The notes below the pieces were generated by a model. That model had not been told where the DNA came from. It searched no databases and saw only the letters and a list, made by a program, of their open reading frames with translations. A stretch of 63,839 nucleotides of DNA, counting the filler, from Basidioascus undulatus (lineage: Eukaryota): NCBI GenBank assembly GCA_000826855.1. It is 10 parts of 10 records of this genome, joined end to end, with 100 filler letters (N's around TTAATTAATTAA, not from the genome) between each part and the next. Parts side by side here need not be neighbours in the genome. Positions count along the whole stretch, not along the records: positions 8,613 to 12,813 come from JTLS01002213.1; positions 12,914 to 17,107 come from JTLS01002214.1; positions 17,208 to 21,392 come from JTLS01002215.1; positions 21,493 to 25,673 come from JTLS01002216.1; 6 more parts are not named here. The stretch is one strand, 5' to 3'. Made by a program: the position numbers and the translations under genes. Below, in pieces: positions 12,674 to 25,040 of the stretch; the first letter of the stretch is position 1; each line of letters starts with the position of its first letter.

Positions 12674-12813
12674 TTAGAGGTAGCTGGGGTACGGCGAGTG
12701 CTGAGCGCTATACGCGCCGTCGTGCGCGCCGGCCGCGCCGAGGCCGAAGGCACCCGCACCGACGCCGCCCTCATTCGGGCGACACGAAGGTCATTCCACT
12801 CAGGCACGTCACC
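12674..12813 (-). CDS. 3' terminal fragment of an unknown gene
   Basis: 'GGVGAGAFGLGAAGAHDGAYSAQHSPYPSYL*' (TAA 12674-12676) followed by a long pyrimidine-rich 3'UTR-like tract on the minus strand. Confidence 0.4.
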
Positions 12814-12913
12814 NNNNNNNNNNNNNNNNNNNNNNNNNNNNNNNNNNNNNNNNNNNNTTAATTAATTAANNNNNNNNNNNNNNNNNNNNNNNNNNNNNNN
12901 NNNNNNNNNNNNN
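12814..12913. other. Artificial contig linker
   Basis: N44-TTAATTAATTAA-N44. Confidence 0.99.
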
Positions 12914-15292
12914 TCGGGGGAGGAGGGGCAGGCAATCAAAGGAGGCAGCCTCTCACGCGGGCAAGGAGAGCGCTCGCGACCCGAGCGACTGCCTATTTTC
13001 GCACTCTGTCAAGCCTTGTGCGCCCGCTTGCCGCACTTGCACACGCTCTCCTAGTACTTAATCGCTTAAATACTATTCTCATCCGGCACCTGTTTTTACA
13101 CACCTCACTGGCAATCTACACTCCTCTGGCATCCCCGAGATTCATCATGGAGCATTGAATTGCTCACAATCACAGTCAGCGGCCCTTTCAGCCTGGGCTG
13201 TTCTCGTGTCTGTCCTCCTCGTCAGAGCCCCTCTGGAAGGTCCAGGATACATGTACTTCAGCCGGCCCGGCGCCGACCCACCCACCCCGCATGGAAGCAT
13301 GCGCAAGATAAGAAGAGAATGTGTCAACGGAGGGACAGGTGGGGGCTGGCACGGCGCTGTGCATTATTTACAGCAGCATGCAGTGTCACCATCCTCCCCG
13401 TTCCATTCTTGTACACCCGCATGACCTTCCATCAGCTTCCGACTGCCGCAGACGATGTTCCGGACGCAACAATTCTTTTTGTGGTCCTGCTTCGGCAGGT
13501 CTTCTCAGACTCTAGAGGAGACGTTCGTTGAGCCGGCTCGCTGCATGGGTGCAAATACAAAAATGACCATCAGCTCAGGGACCGATCCAGGGATGACACC
13601 TGTCTAATGTCAGCGACGAACTGGTGGTTTCCTACTTACTCTTAGTCCAGCCTCCATCGTTGTCCCGCACACAACAGCTGCAAACAATTCAAAAACACCA
13701 CAGACTGTGCATTCTACCTCCCCAATCAATGTCCCCGCGTCAGCATTAAAACACGGCAGTAAGCCGTCAGTTGCCGTCGACCCAGGCTTCTCTCGAACCC
13801 TACGCTCAGACCCTTGCCCTCCGATCACATTAACCAATTGCGTCCTCAGACACTACCGCCGCTATAAAACTCTCTCTGATAGATGCCTCTCCGGCGGGCG
13901 TTCGCCTGCGCTGCTGCACACAAGGCCTTCTGACCAAAAGAACCCCTGCAAATAAAACCAACGAAAGTACCCGGTGATCGACGCGTTGCTCTCTCCCCCA
14001 CCGAGGTATAGCCCACCCCCACCGGCGAACGAATAACCCCTAGCGGCTCCAAGAGCTCTTCCCACAGCGAGCCGAATGAAATGCATCATCCGGCAGCGAG
14101 AGCGCGCTGCGCCTCCACTGAAATCTGATCCATCATCAGCACACGGTGCTGCTGGTCCTCCGTCGGGTCGGAGGATCTCGCGATCGACCGCACCTCACAC
14201 GCAAGGCCACGAGCGCTGAACGTGCAGGGGTGCGGTTAGTGAGGTCTCGAAAACATCACTGGGAGCAGGAGATGGCGAAGGTGCGAGCCGTTTGTGCGGA
14301 GCAGGCACGCAGTCGGCCGCTGACGGAGGTCTCGGCTGGAACAAGCTTGCAGTCGGTGCTGGGTGTGGGGGATCATCGTATGTGGCCTGATACCGGAAAT
14401 AGTTGGCAAGATGGGCACCTCACTTGCTTTACAATTTGAAGTGGTTGGGACGACTGCACTGGCTTACCACCTATGAGCCGTGCGAAGCAGGCAATGGGAA
14501 CCCGTGACTCCCGACCCTAACTTGGCTTGGCCAAACGCAAGCTTGGATCTCGGCGGGTATATAAGCAGATTCATTGCCTGGGCTTTTCGGTTCCTCTGAT
14601 GACCTCCCAACCAACAACTTGTTGAAGCGCCGAGTGCCGGATCAGACGATGTGAGCGGGAAATGGCAGGACTTACCCAAAGGGCCGTACTTCTACAAGCC
14701 TGCGCTGCGGTTGTCACATAACTATTCAAGAATTGAAGGGTTCTATGACCTCTTTCGGTTGCACTAAAGACAAGGCCTGCTAGTTTGAGACGATGGATGC
14801 CTGTATACATGTAGACGCCCACCTTCTTTTGCCCCTCTCGCCTCGCAGCCCGGGGAGCAGGGATACAAGTATATGAGCGCTTGAACATCTTACTATGCTC
14901 AATACTGGTACTGTATGATCCTGGGAACAAATGTTCTGGCCGATGATTGGGGCGTGTCAAAGTATTCAGCGTGGCACGCAACTGCTGGCAAGCTGAAAAT
15001 GTGTCGTGGAGGCTGCGGCCTTGACGAAGTGCATGTTCTAAGGCTGACTTAGCCCTCGAACTGAGCCAAAGATGCAACACTAGTGGGGACTTCATACCAT
15101 CAAAGCAAGGTCGTTTCCTGGATGTGAAGTTGTGCGTCCCATGAGCGTACGATCACTGCGATGTGCGCCACGAAGACGACATTCGCCTGTCATGGTCGAC
15201 CATCACACCTCCCCTATAAATCCTCATGCATGGGAGACTCTTTTCATACTCCTCTTCCTTTCTTTCTATTCGACCCCACCACAGCCCTAACT

Positions 15293-15872
15293 ATGTTTGT
15301 GAGAGCGAGTCCGCCACCGAGCCATTCTGCACACACCGGGCTGCCTTCGGTTTACCAGCCCACCTCATCTGCAGATACGCAATTGCCCTGGAATATGGTC
15401 GCTTCAGTCCATTATTGTTCATGCAAGGTAAAAGAATGCCTCCCGAAGCGATACGCGAGCGTGAGTCTCAGTCCGTGTTCGGCACATTCCAGTCCACACC
15501 CGCATCCGCGCCCACCCCCTTTCGACTCGCTCGCAACTCGCCACTCTCTCCCCACCATCTTCTTCTAACCTCCTGACTAGTTCTCTACACACCCATGTCG
15601 TATCCAAGCGTTCAGCTCCACGGAGCTTCGACTAACACGTGCCAGCGTGCACCCCGCTCTATGGAGCTGCCTTTCCTCAGATTGCCCGCCCTTCAAGTCG
15701 GTGCTTCAAGCTGGGTGGATCATAAAAAAAACTGCAGTTCTAAAGTTTGACTTCACTTGCTGTAGTCGTTGTCGTCACCGTGGCGGAAGCGGAGGAGAGC
15801 GGTGCAGTGGAAGCGGAAGAGACGCAGTGTTCGAATCGATCTGCAGGGAAAGGGCAGTCATGCTACGAGTAA
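15293..15872 (+). CDS. Possible small multi-exon gene or pseudogene of unknown function
   Basis: TATAAA at about 15215, ATG 15293 followed by a GTGAGA donor, exon-like 'RYAIALEYGRFSPLLFMQGKRMPPEAIRE' ending at a GTGAGT donor, and last exon 'VVTVAEAEESGAVEAEETQC...CYE*'. Confidence 0.3.
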
Positions 15873-16302
15873 CAAGACAGATATATCTACTTCAAAACAT
15901 AGAAAACACAAATCCTCATTTGCGGATTTCGATTAGCCAAGAGCCTGGCTCATCAGTAGTGTACCGACCGTCGGGTCTGTTGGCAACAGACCATCAGGGT
16001 GTTACCCTTCCCTGCCTGTTGGCGGGGAAATGACCACAGTATCCTGCAGTACCAATATTGATAATGATATCTTCTCAATGCCTTTCTGTCAGGTACACCA
16101 CCCTCCCCCTTCGATGGGCATTCGGACTGCCAGATTGCCTTCCACGTCGTAGACGTCCACCGGGCACCCAAGCACTCACACCGCCCGCATATCCTGCTTA
16201 AGCTCATCCTGACGTGTTGCCGCGGTATTCGGACATCCAATACAACCAGCTTTCAGAACAGGACAGGGGAGGCCACCGTCAACAAGCGCACACAATAAGC
16301 AA

Positions 16303-17107
16303 TCAAGCGGGACTCCATCCATATCCGCGGCCGGGTAGAAGCAAGTCGTCCTCCTCCTTCAGCTCCTTCCTCAGGACTTCCTCCATCTGCCTGCTCTCGC
16401 TCTCTCTCTCGCTCTCTCTGCTCTCACTCTCCCACCCCGTCTCCTCACCCTCTACCACTCTCTCTAGCCCTTCCCACACCGCCTCTTCGCCTCCCTCTCC
16501 GTCGCCTCCCCCTTGCGCCGCCTCCTCTTCCTCACTGACCACCCCCTCCCCCAGCAACCTCCCAAACGGCCGGTCCATCACCCACCTGAATCGCCTGTCC
16601 ATCTCCCGCCAGTCAACCTTCCCGCCCCGCATAGCCTCCAAAAACGCCATCGCGCCGCGGACACCCTTGTCGCGGGTGACCCTGTAGTTCCAGCCGCACA
16701 GCGCGCGCCACCGATCGTGCACGGCCTGCGCGTCCTCGAACCTCCCCCTACGCGCGAGGCGGATCACGAGGCGCCCGACCGCGCCCGAGGGGAGGTGCAG
16801 CCCGCGCTCGAGCGCCCAGTCAAAGTGCTCGAGCGCGCCCTCGAAGTCGCGCGCGCGCACGTGCGAGACGACGACGCTGCCCATGACGCTCGCGTTCGGC
16901 TCGAGGCCGTGCTCGCGCATGTTGCGGAAGATGCGGCGCACGGAGACATAGTCCTCCTCGGGTGAGCGCGGCTGGAGGACGATGCCGCGGAGGATGTGGG
17001 CGTACGAGTCCGCGTCGGGGGCGGGGGAGGTGGCGTGCAGGACGTCGAAGAGCGTCTCGGCCTTGTGGCGCTTGCCGGACATGTGCGCGAGCGCGTCGAG
17101 GATCGCA
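16303..17107 (-). CDS. Pentatricopeptide-repeat (PPR) protein, 3' part
   Basis: About 35-aa repeats: 'PDADSYAHILRG', 'RIFRNMREHGLEPNASVMGSVVVSHVRARDFEGALEHFDWALERGL', 'LVIRLARRGRFEDAQAVHDRW'. Confidence 0.85.
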
Positions 17108-17207
17108 NNNNNNNNNNNNNNNNNNNNNNNNNNNNNNNNNNNNNNNNNNNNTTAATTAATTAANNNNNNNNNNNNNNNNNNNNNNNNNNNNNNNNNNNNN
17201 NNNNNNN
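17108..17207. other. Artificial contig linker
   Basis: N44-TTAATTAATTAA-N44. Confidence 0.99.
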
Positions 17208-18066
17208 ATGGGATGATGGGGCTGGGAGGGATGGGCGAGGGGAGGGTTTGGAACTGCTTTGGCTGGCTCAATCTAGCTCCTGGGAAGGCCTGGGAGGGGG
17301 TGAAGAATTGGACGGACTCACGTAGAACGATGATACATCCCCCTCGACGACCATCCCCACCCACACGGCCTCCTCCGCTCCCAGCCCCTCGGGCACGACC
17401 TTGATGAGCCCCTCATACCCAACCGGATCGAACTCCTCGTCCTGCTCCCCTCTCCCTTTCATCAGCCCCCCATCCACTCCCTCCCGCGCAGTGAGACTGG
17501 CCTCCCCGCTTCCCAGCGCCTCAAAACCGTCCTCCGGCACGCGCAGCCCCCCAGTCGGGAGCAGGTCGAACCCCGCCCACGCGAGGGGGTCGAAGGACTC
17601 GTATATGGGCGCTGATCTCTGGACGGCCGAGAAGGTATCAGATCGGTGAGGGGTGTGGCGGGGGCAGGGGAGGGAGGGAAGGACGAAGAGGAAAGGGCGG
17701 ACTTGGATCTCCTCTGTCAGCGCTCGAAACTTGGGGAAGAGGACTGAAAGGCGGATGGCGCGCTGGAGGGCGCTTAACTGTGGTGCAATGTCAGCCGGGT
17801 CCCCGCATGCACGCTGGGCAAATGGGAAGACCCACCGAGACGAACGTCGCCCTCTCCTCCTTTCCTTCCGCCCCAAAATCGAAGACCGCCCGCGGCGAGC
17901 TCCACACCGTCTCCGTCGAGGACGTATCGAGCACAGTAGAAGTGGGCGAGAGAGTATCGCTTCCAACGGCCGTAGCAGCATCGTTTGCAGCCTCGTCGGG
18001 CCCTGCGGGGAGGGTGTGGAAGAGCCGCGCAAGGCCGTGGATCGTCAGCGTGTTTGGGGGGAGCAT
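17208..18066 (-). CDS. Hypothetical protein, 5' part (multi-exon, truncated at contig end)
   Basis: ATG 18066 'MLPPNTLTIHGLARLFHTLP...', exons 'LSALQRAIRLSVLFPKFRALTEEIQ' and 'RSAPIYESFDPLAWAGFDLLP...SSFY' separated by GT-AG introns. Confidence 0.6.
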
Positions 18067-18929
18067 GGTGCGCTGGATGCCGGGGAGGTGGTGAAGGAAG
18101 AAGAGTGCGGGAGGTGACTGACTGGCTTGGGTTTGATGAGCGAGACAGGGGATTGCGGAGGGAAAGCGGCAGGGGCGGAGGGAGGAGGGAGGGCAGTCTG
18201 AATCAACACGCATTGGGCTGAGCGAGAAGAGTAGTGCAACGGGGGCTTGGTAGACGGATAGGGACACGTATTACGTTGAATTCTTTCTGAAGAATGCGTG
18301 TAAAATCGCTCTAACTAACCTAACCCCAGCCGGCTGGAAGCGATGGAAAGAGAGCAAAGAGAGTAGCTCGTGTCCTCGCAAGTTCGACGGCACGCGTAGG
18401 GTGAGCACTGTAGGACGGAACATCACCGAAAGGCGTGCCAATTGAGATTCATGCCAACCCGGACTCGGCTACTGTGAAAAGGCCGCGCATCAAAATATTC
18501 CTCAAGTAAGCTAAAAAAAAAAGGGAGACATCAAGGGCTGTCAGGCTCTGTTGTGCGGTATTCGCATTGGACATTGAAAGTACCGAGACGACACGCTACA
18601 CTGGAGTCGCGCCGCTGGTTGGCACTGCGACCCACTGTCCTGTCAGACACTGTCTCCAAATTTCTGGGAAGTGCGATCAGAGCACACTGTTGACTCCTTA
18701 AGAGAAACTTCCTCTGAAGAGACCAACTAACCACGGCCTCTCGGGGATGCACACAGTTCCAGCGCTCAGCCTCGCAGAAAGAGGAACTGTATGAAAGAGT
18801 ATTCCGCGAAGCAGGGTTTTCAAAACCCTAAAGATGCCCGGAAGAACATGTAAAATAGAAAGGAAACAGAAAGGAAATCGCATCGCTGCAGTACTAAAGC
18901 TGCCGGACTCGAAGCCAGAGAATGAACCA

Positions 18930-20210
18930 CGCGCAGAGGCGGTACCTTCGGAAGGCGTGGGGATTTCAGCGTCTTCGAGGCAAGGGAGCAGTGGGGTAAC
19001 ACACGCTACAGTGACCGCAAAGAGGATGCCGCAGTCCGGCTCACTCGCAGGTCTTCGAACGTGAAGAGCTGAAGGATCTGCTGTCCATTGACTGCAACGC
19101 CTGCGAATTGAGTAAAGCCGAGGTTGTGACCAAGCGTCAGTACGTGGCGGGTGATCGTGAGCAAGAAGAAAGGTGTCGAAAGCACACGTACACGAGCCGT
19201 CTGTAATCGTCTCAAGTGAGCAGTTGAAACGGAGTCCGACCTGAAAGCAAGTACGGACGGTGGTGAGAGAAAGCATCAGCGGCGTAACCTAGATCAAGTC
19301 GACCCACAGATTCGTTGATCATCTGGATCCGGACAGCAATCTACTCGTTTGAGGGGAATCCATTTGAGCGTCAACAGTACAAAGAAAGATATGCGCTGAT
19401 GCTCCGCGGTGTATCGCACCTTCATCGTTGTTCCCCACGCGAGAGCCCTCAGCCATGTCGGCACGGAGAGTGAGACTGAAAACCGGGACGCAGTCAGCGA
19501 GTTTCAAACGAGCCTGATCGCTTCAGGTAGCGGAGAGAGGGGACTTACTGATGCCAGACGCTTGACAGAAAATAGTCATTGCCGTAGAAACAAGAGAAAC
19601 TGAGAGGCCCATTGTCTGCAAGAAGCGCACAAGCCGATGCCAGAAATTGAGCATCGGCTGCTTGCCGCGAAGCTTGTCAAGGAAACAAGGGCAGATTCGA
19701 TGTACCTTGACGACGGACGCAAATGCGATGCCGATACTCTCTCCAGAGTTCAACAGCGCCCAGATTGTGAATGCGTGCTGGAAGAAGGTTCGGGGGGTCG
19801 CTTGAAGGCCGACGCCGAGGCACATCATGAGCGAGTAGAAAATGGCTGAGATCATTTCGAGCCTGGGTACAAGTTGTGGTGTGAGCAAGCTGCCGAATTC
19901 GGTGCTGAGTCTTCAGGCCGTACGGAGAGATGATAATCGTCTTCCTGCTCAACGCTGAAGGACAAGCATAGATCAATAATGGATCGAAGGGTAAGAACTA
20001 GGGGGTACGCACAATGATACGAGCCCTGCGGTTTTGCTACTCATCGGCTGCCCGTTGAGCGAGATGCTGCCCGACGTCTCGAAGTGCGCACGCAGGCCAG
20101 CGTTCATGCAACGTCCAGCCAGGCACCTGTGGGGCAGCCCTGAAGCCCGGGTCGGAGGAGGGGAGGAGTCTGACCAAACCGCTCATCAGCGAAGAAAGCT
20201 TGCTCTCTGG
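18930..20210 (-). pseudogene. ABCG-type transporter pseudogene with a large internal deletion
   Basis: NBD remnant 'FETSGSISLNGQPMSSKTAGLVS' + 'VEQEDDYHL' is followed, after one short intron, by final TMD exons 'LEMISAIFYSLMMCLGVGLQATPRTFF..NSGESIGIAF', 'VPTWLRALAW', 'GLRFNCS', 'NGQQILQLFTF'. Confidence 0.75.
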
Positions 20211-20545
20211 CCATAGCGGCTTTGCGCTCGACCAGTGGTAGCAGCACCTCTTCTTTGTTTGTCAGTCACCGTCATCTTTCATACCGGGTTCTCCACACAC
20301 CGTCAGCAATGAGCGAGCTTGGATCAAGTCCGGCTTCGCACAAGCACACTTTCCCGTCCTCTGGCTGCAAGCTGAATACCGAAGATCATCCTTTCGCTTC
20401 ACGCCTCAACGTTCAATCCATGGTCTCCGTAATGAAGAATCGAAAAACATCATATCATTCCATCATACTCAAAGCTTTGTGGGGGCTCGAATCAGAGGCC
20501 GGCCGACGTCTGGCTGGGCGCTGCAGCTGGAACAGACGCTCTCGC

Positions 20546-21202
20546 TTAGCAGAACTGGATGTAGATGCTCGAGCCGGGGCCAATGACCTGGCGCTGAGCG
20601 GTGTAGTCGTCGGTCTTGTAGAAGGCGCTGTGGGAGGGGTGCAGAGAATTAACATCGAGCGAGGGATCCGGGAGCATGTGCAGCGTTGACTCACTTGATG
20701 GGACCGCAGTTGGGGTTGTCGCAGGTAGCGCCGACAACACCGTGGTTGAGGTTGAAAGTGGCGGGGTGCTGCGGGGTCGAGACAAGGTGGGAGTCAGACG
20801 AATTCCCTTCCTGGCGCACGCATGAGAGCCGTGCCACTCACGTTAAACTTATGAGGCGGGATGAGCGTAATGTCAGCCGAGGAGACGCCATCGACGAGGG
20901 TGAACTCGACGCTGGTGCAGCCCTGGCCGTTGATGTCGGCGCAAGCCTGGGCGATGCCAGCGCTGACATCGCCGTTGAAGGTGTAGGTGCCGGGACCGAA
21001 GATGCCGCGCCCGGGGAGCTGCATCGTCGCTGCGCCGCCGCACCTGTTCACGAACTGCGAGCGAGAAGAGGGAGATGTGTCAGCAGAGGCTCGACAGAAT
21101 CTGAGCCCTCTCGACGCTCACCTGGATCTTGTGGTTGCTGGCAGCCAGGACCGAAGAGGCCGCGACGGCAGCGGTGACGAAGGCGATCTTGGAGAACTGC
21201 AT
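20546..21202 (-). CDS. Small secreted thaumatin/osmotin-like protein (4 exons)
   Basis: Signal peptide 'MQFSKIAFVTAAVAASSVLA', then 'FVNRCGG', 'CADINGQGCTSVEFTL..SSADITLIPPHKFN', 'GATCDNPNC', 'AFYKTDDYTAQ..IYIQFC*'. Confidence 0.82.
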
Positions 21203-21228
21203 TTTGATTGAGTGTGGAGAGAAGAGTC

Positions 21229-21382
21229 GTTAGGTTAGTTAGTTAGGTTAGGTTGGTTAGGTTAGGTTAGGTTAGGTTGGTTGGGTTAGGTTAGGTTAGG
21301 GTTAGGTTGGGTTAGGTTGGGTCCAGGTCAGGTTGGGTTGGGTTGGGTTGGGACTTCGGTGGTTTAGGTATCAAGGTTAGGG
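21229..21382 (+). repeat. Degenerate telomere-like tandem repeat (TTAGG/TTGGG/TTAGGG)
   Basis: About 125 nt of GGTTA/GGTT/GGGTT units, including a perfect (GGGTT)3GGG at 21335-21352, plus scattered units to 21382. Confidence 0.85.
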
Positions 21383-21392
21383 TGATGGGCTA

Positions 21393-21492
21393 NNNNNNNN
21401 NNNNNNNNNNNNNNNNNNNNNNNNNNNNNNNNNNNNTTAATTAATTAANNNNNNNNNNNNNNNNNNNNNNNNNNNNNNNNNNNNNNNNNNNN
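21393..21492. other. Artificial contig linker
   Basis: N44-TTAATTAATTAA-N44. Confidence 0.99.
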
Positions 21493-22054
21493 CGAGAAAT
21501 GCAGAGAGGCGGAGGGGAAGAAGGAGGAGGGAGCCAGAAGACGGAGAAGAGGAAAAATCGTTTGTGGGCCGCGCCGAAGCCCACCATTTAAGGCACGAAG
21601 ATGGTGCAGCTCGTGCTGCGACCAGGCAGACTAGCGTCAGTGAGGTGCAGGGATGGGCTGCCAAGGGTCAGAGGAGATGGACGGCCAAAGGCGGGTCAGG
21701 TGCTTCAAAGTTCCCCCCTGTGACAAGCGTGATGAGCAAACCCAAACGGAACCAGGCTTGTGCCTAGGTGCATCTACACCGTGCGATACCGAGATTCTGC
21801 CGATGATGGACTGTGTGTGCATTGAATTTCATGCAGAGCAGGTTGTGAAGCGTTGACGGGGGTATATGACGTCGGGTGAGAGTTGCCGGCGAGAAGAAGG
21901 CCGCTGCCGTTTCGGGGAACGATCGAGTGGAGGGCCTGTCCGGCCGCTGATGATGATGCGAGCGCAAATGGGCCCAAGGGGGGGCTCGCTGGCATACGAG
22001 ACGACTTTGCCATCTTCCGTCACCTCATCTCTCGTATCCAAAGCATACGCCATC

Positions 22055-23851
22055 ATGCGCGCCGTACTGGTCAAGAACGACAAAGGTCCCGCAAAGAACC
22101 TGCACATCGGCGAGGTGCCCAAGCCGGCGCTCAAGGAGGGCGAGATCCTCGTAAAGGCAAGTCCGCTGAGACATCCGGCCGCTCCTCTCCGGAACTCCGG
22201 CGCTCACCTCGCCCTGCTTCATGGTGAGGAAAAACAGGTCATCGCGTTTGGGCTGAATCGGATGGACATCCTGCGAGTCTGGGCCTGAATTGTTTGACCT
22301 GAAAACGCGTCTCAACATAGTCATTTTTTTTTTATTTGATCCTCAGGCAACGCGAGGGGAAGTACCCGCTCTCACCCGGCGCGTCTACTATTCTCGGTGC
22401 GCACAAACACTTTAGAGTGGTCCTGATAAGGGCTGAACTGTTTCCCGTCAGGCGTCGAGTTCTCCGGTACCGTCGCTGAGGTTGGGAAGGGCGGCGAGAC
22501 CTCGAAGTGGAAGGGCGGCGAGGAGGTGTTTGGACTGGCGTACGGTGTGAGTTTCCACAGCCTGTCCGCAACATCGTCTTCTTGAGATCCATTTACTATT
22601 CTTGCCAAAACAGGGCGCGTATGCGGAATACATTGCTGTGGCAGCGACCATGGTGGTCCCCAAGCCGGACTACCTGTCTCACGTCCAGGCCGCTGCGATC
22701 TGCGAGAACTGGCTCACTGCCTTTCAAGCGCTCATCCTCATCGGAGAGCTGAAGAAGGGCCAGAATGTGCTCATTCACGCGGGCGCGAGCGGTGTCGGTG
22801 CGTCGTGAACTGCACCCTGGAGTAAGGCCGCTCACAGAACATCGCGCCGTCCCGACTGCAGGCATTGCCGGGAACCAGCTCGCTCGTTTCTTCGGCGCGT
22901 GAGTCCTTTGTCTCATTTAAAAAGTCAACAACCGCAGTTATTAACCTGCTTCAGACGCGGCGGCCATGCAGCAAGGAGGTCTTCACGACTGCCGGCAGCG
23001 ACGAGAAGGTCAAGTACCTCGAGAACATGAACAGCGCCGCTACGCACGCGTTCAACTACAATACACAGGACTTTGCGGAGGAGGTACGTATGCTTGATAT
23101 GCATACCCGTCTTTCAAAGCAGCAGCGAGGCTAACGAGTCTTGAACTCACACTCAGATCGCGAAGATTACGGACGGTAAGGGAGTTGACTTGATCGTGGA
23201 CTTCATCGGGAAGGTAGGACCTGCTGTCCTTCGCGTTCCTTCGTTCGAAATTCTAACCCTCCGCCTCGTTGCAGAACTACTGGACCAATAACATCTCCAC
23301 GCTCGCCCGCGATGGCCGGCTCGTCTTTCTCGGACTGATGTCGGGTACGTACCGCTACCACAAACCCAGCCAGGCATTCCGAGATGGCTATCTTTGCTGA
23401 CGACTCGATTTACCTTGAACAGGCAGCGAAGTCGAGAAAGCCGACCTGGGACCGATCCTCTTCAAGCGCTTGCGTCTTGAAGGTTCGCCCTATCCCTTCC
23501 GCGTTTTCCCTTCCGTCTTCCTTGAACGGTCAAGATACTAAACCAAACTCTTGCTTCGCAGGCTCGACTCTGCGGTCCCGCTCGCTCGAGTATCAAAGCT
23601 CGCTCCTGCAGCGCTTCCGGGACGAGGCGCTTGCGCACGTGGGCGTCGTGGGGGGATTCGAGCTCAAGATCCACGAAGTGCGTGCATTTCACTGGCTAGC
23701 GGAATTGCGTCTTTTGAATAGCCATCCGACCTGACAAAGTTACTTCATGTGAACCTTGAAGGTGTATCCTTGGACCAAGATTGTTGAGGCGCATCAAGCA
23801 ATGGAAGCCAATGCGAACACTGGAAAGATCGTCGTTACGATTGAGAACTAG
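22055..23851 (+). CDS. NADPH:quinone oxidoreductase, PIG3/zeta-crystallin (MDR) family
   Basis: 'MRAVLVK', 'AFGLNRMDILQREGKYP', 'ILGVEFSG', 'ENWLTAFQAL', 'VLIHAGASGVG', 'GSTLRSRSLEYQ', 'MEANANTGKIVVTIEN*'. Many short introns, the first two GC-AG. Confidence 0.93.
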
Positions 23852-24547
23852 ATCCCTACCTACTGTTCTTATTGTTACCATTTACGGGATGAACTAACTC
23901 GAAGATGCTGGAGACTGTATTTTGTGGACTGCGCCTTCGCAACCCTGCCCGGCACTGAAGCTGAAAGTGCAGTGGCAGCGAGCCCATCGTCATCGGGTGT
24001 TAGTTTCTCCTCATGTACCGAAATACCCATTCACCCTTAACAATCCAGACCTTTCGAGCTTTCGTTGGCGGAAGCAAAGATATGGAGGAGCATGCAGACA
24101 TGGAGTAGGAGCGTCCAGATCCCTCGGCGGGCGGCGGTGCCCAGCTCGGCGTTGACAAGTTCGCGCCCGCCACGCCTCCTTGTCAAGTACCAGGTGTCTT
24201 GCCCTAACCCCTTCGGTGTTCTTCCTGGTTCTTCTGTAGAACTTTGGTATCTTCAGTTCAGCGCTGGCGTTGGGCCCTGGAGCCGCACGCGGCGTGGCTG
24301 AGCCCATCGAGCGCACGCTTCATGACGTAACTTCAGTGCTGCGAACAATGATGTTGTCTTGCTCCAGCGCTCCATGACATTCACTCAACTTCCTGCGTCA
24401 TGCCCTCCATCACTGACTGCGTAAAGTGCATCCGCCGCAGGTATAAATGGTCGTGCTCGCCACATCTCTCTCCCATCGCATCGCATTCACATTTTCCACA
24501 CAAACACGACACTCAATTTACCACCCCCACCCACCCATTCAATCACC

Positions 24548-25040
24548 ATGTCCGGCTCCCCCAACAAGACTACGGGACAGTAAGAGGGTACTCTTGTTTC
24601 TACATGCCAGGTTCTTGGCTGATTACTCGCTTCCCCCCTCTCAGGTTCCACTCCGTTAAGGGCAACGTTGTCGAGGCCATCGGCAACGCGACTGGTGCCG
24701 ACTCTTGGACGCAGTCTGGCAAGCAGGAGCACGCCTCTGGTTAGTCTCCCCGACCTTCTTGACCCTCAGAACAACCAATTTAACCATTAGTCTCGTCCCC
24801 AGGTGAGGCGGAGGTGAAGGCTGCCGAGACCAAGGGCTGGGCTGAGGGCGGCCTCGACCGTCTGGAGGGCAAGAAGGACTCGGTGAGTTTTTATTCACAA
24901 CTGGCATTGAGGTTTGGGGCGGAGGTACTCATCCTCTATGCCTTCAGGTCGTCGGTGCTGTTACTGGCGACAAGTCCCAGCAGATTTCCGGCAACGCGCA
25001 GCACGACAGTGGCAAGGCGCAGCAGAAGGTCAACGAGTGA
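24548..25040 (+). CDS. HMP1-like/CsbD-like small hydrophilic stress protein (4 exons)
   Basis: [105 protein letters not shown] at about 24442. Confidence 0.88.
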
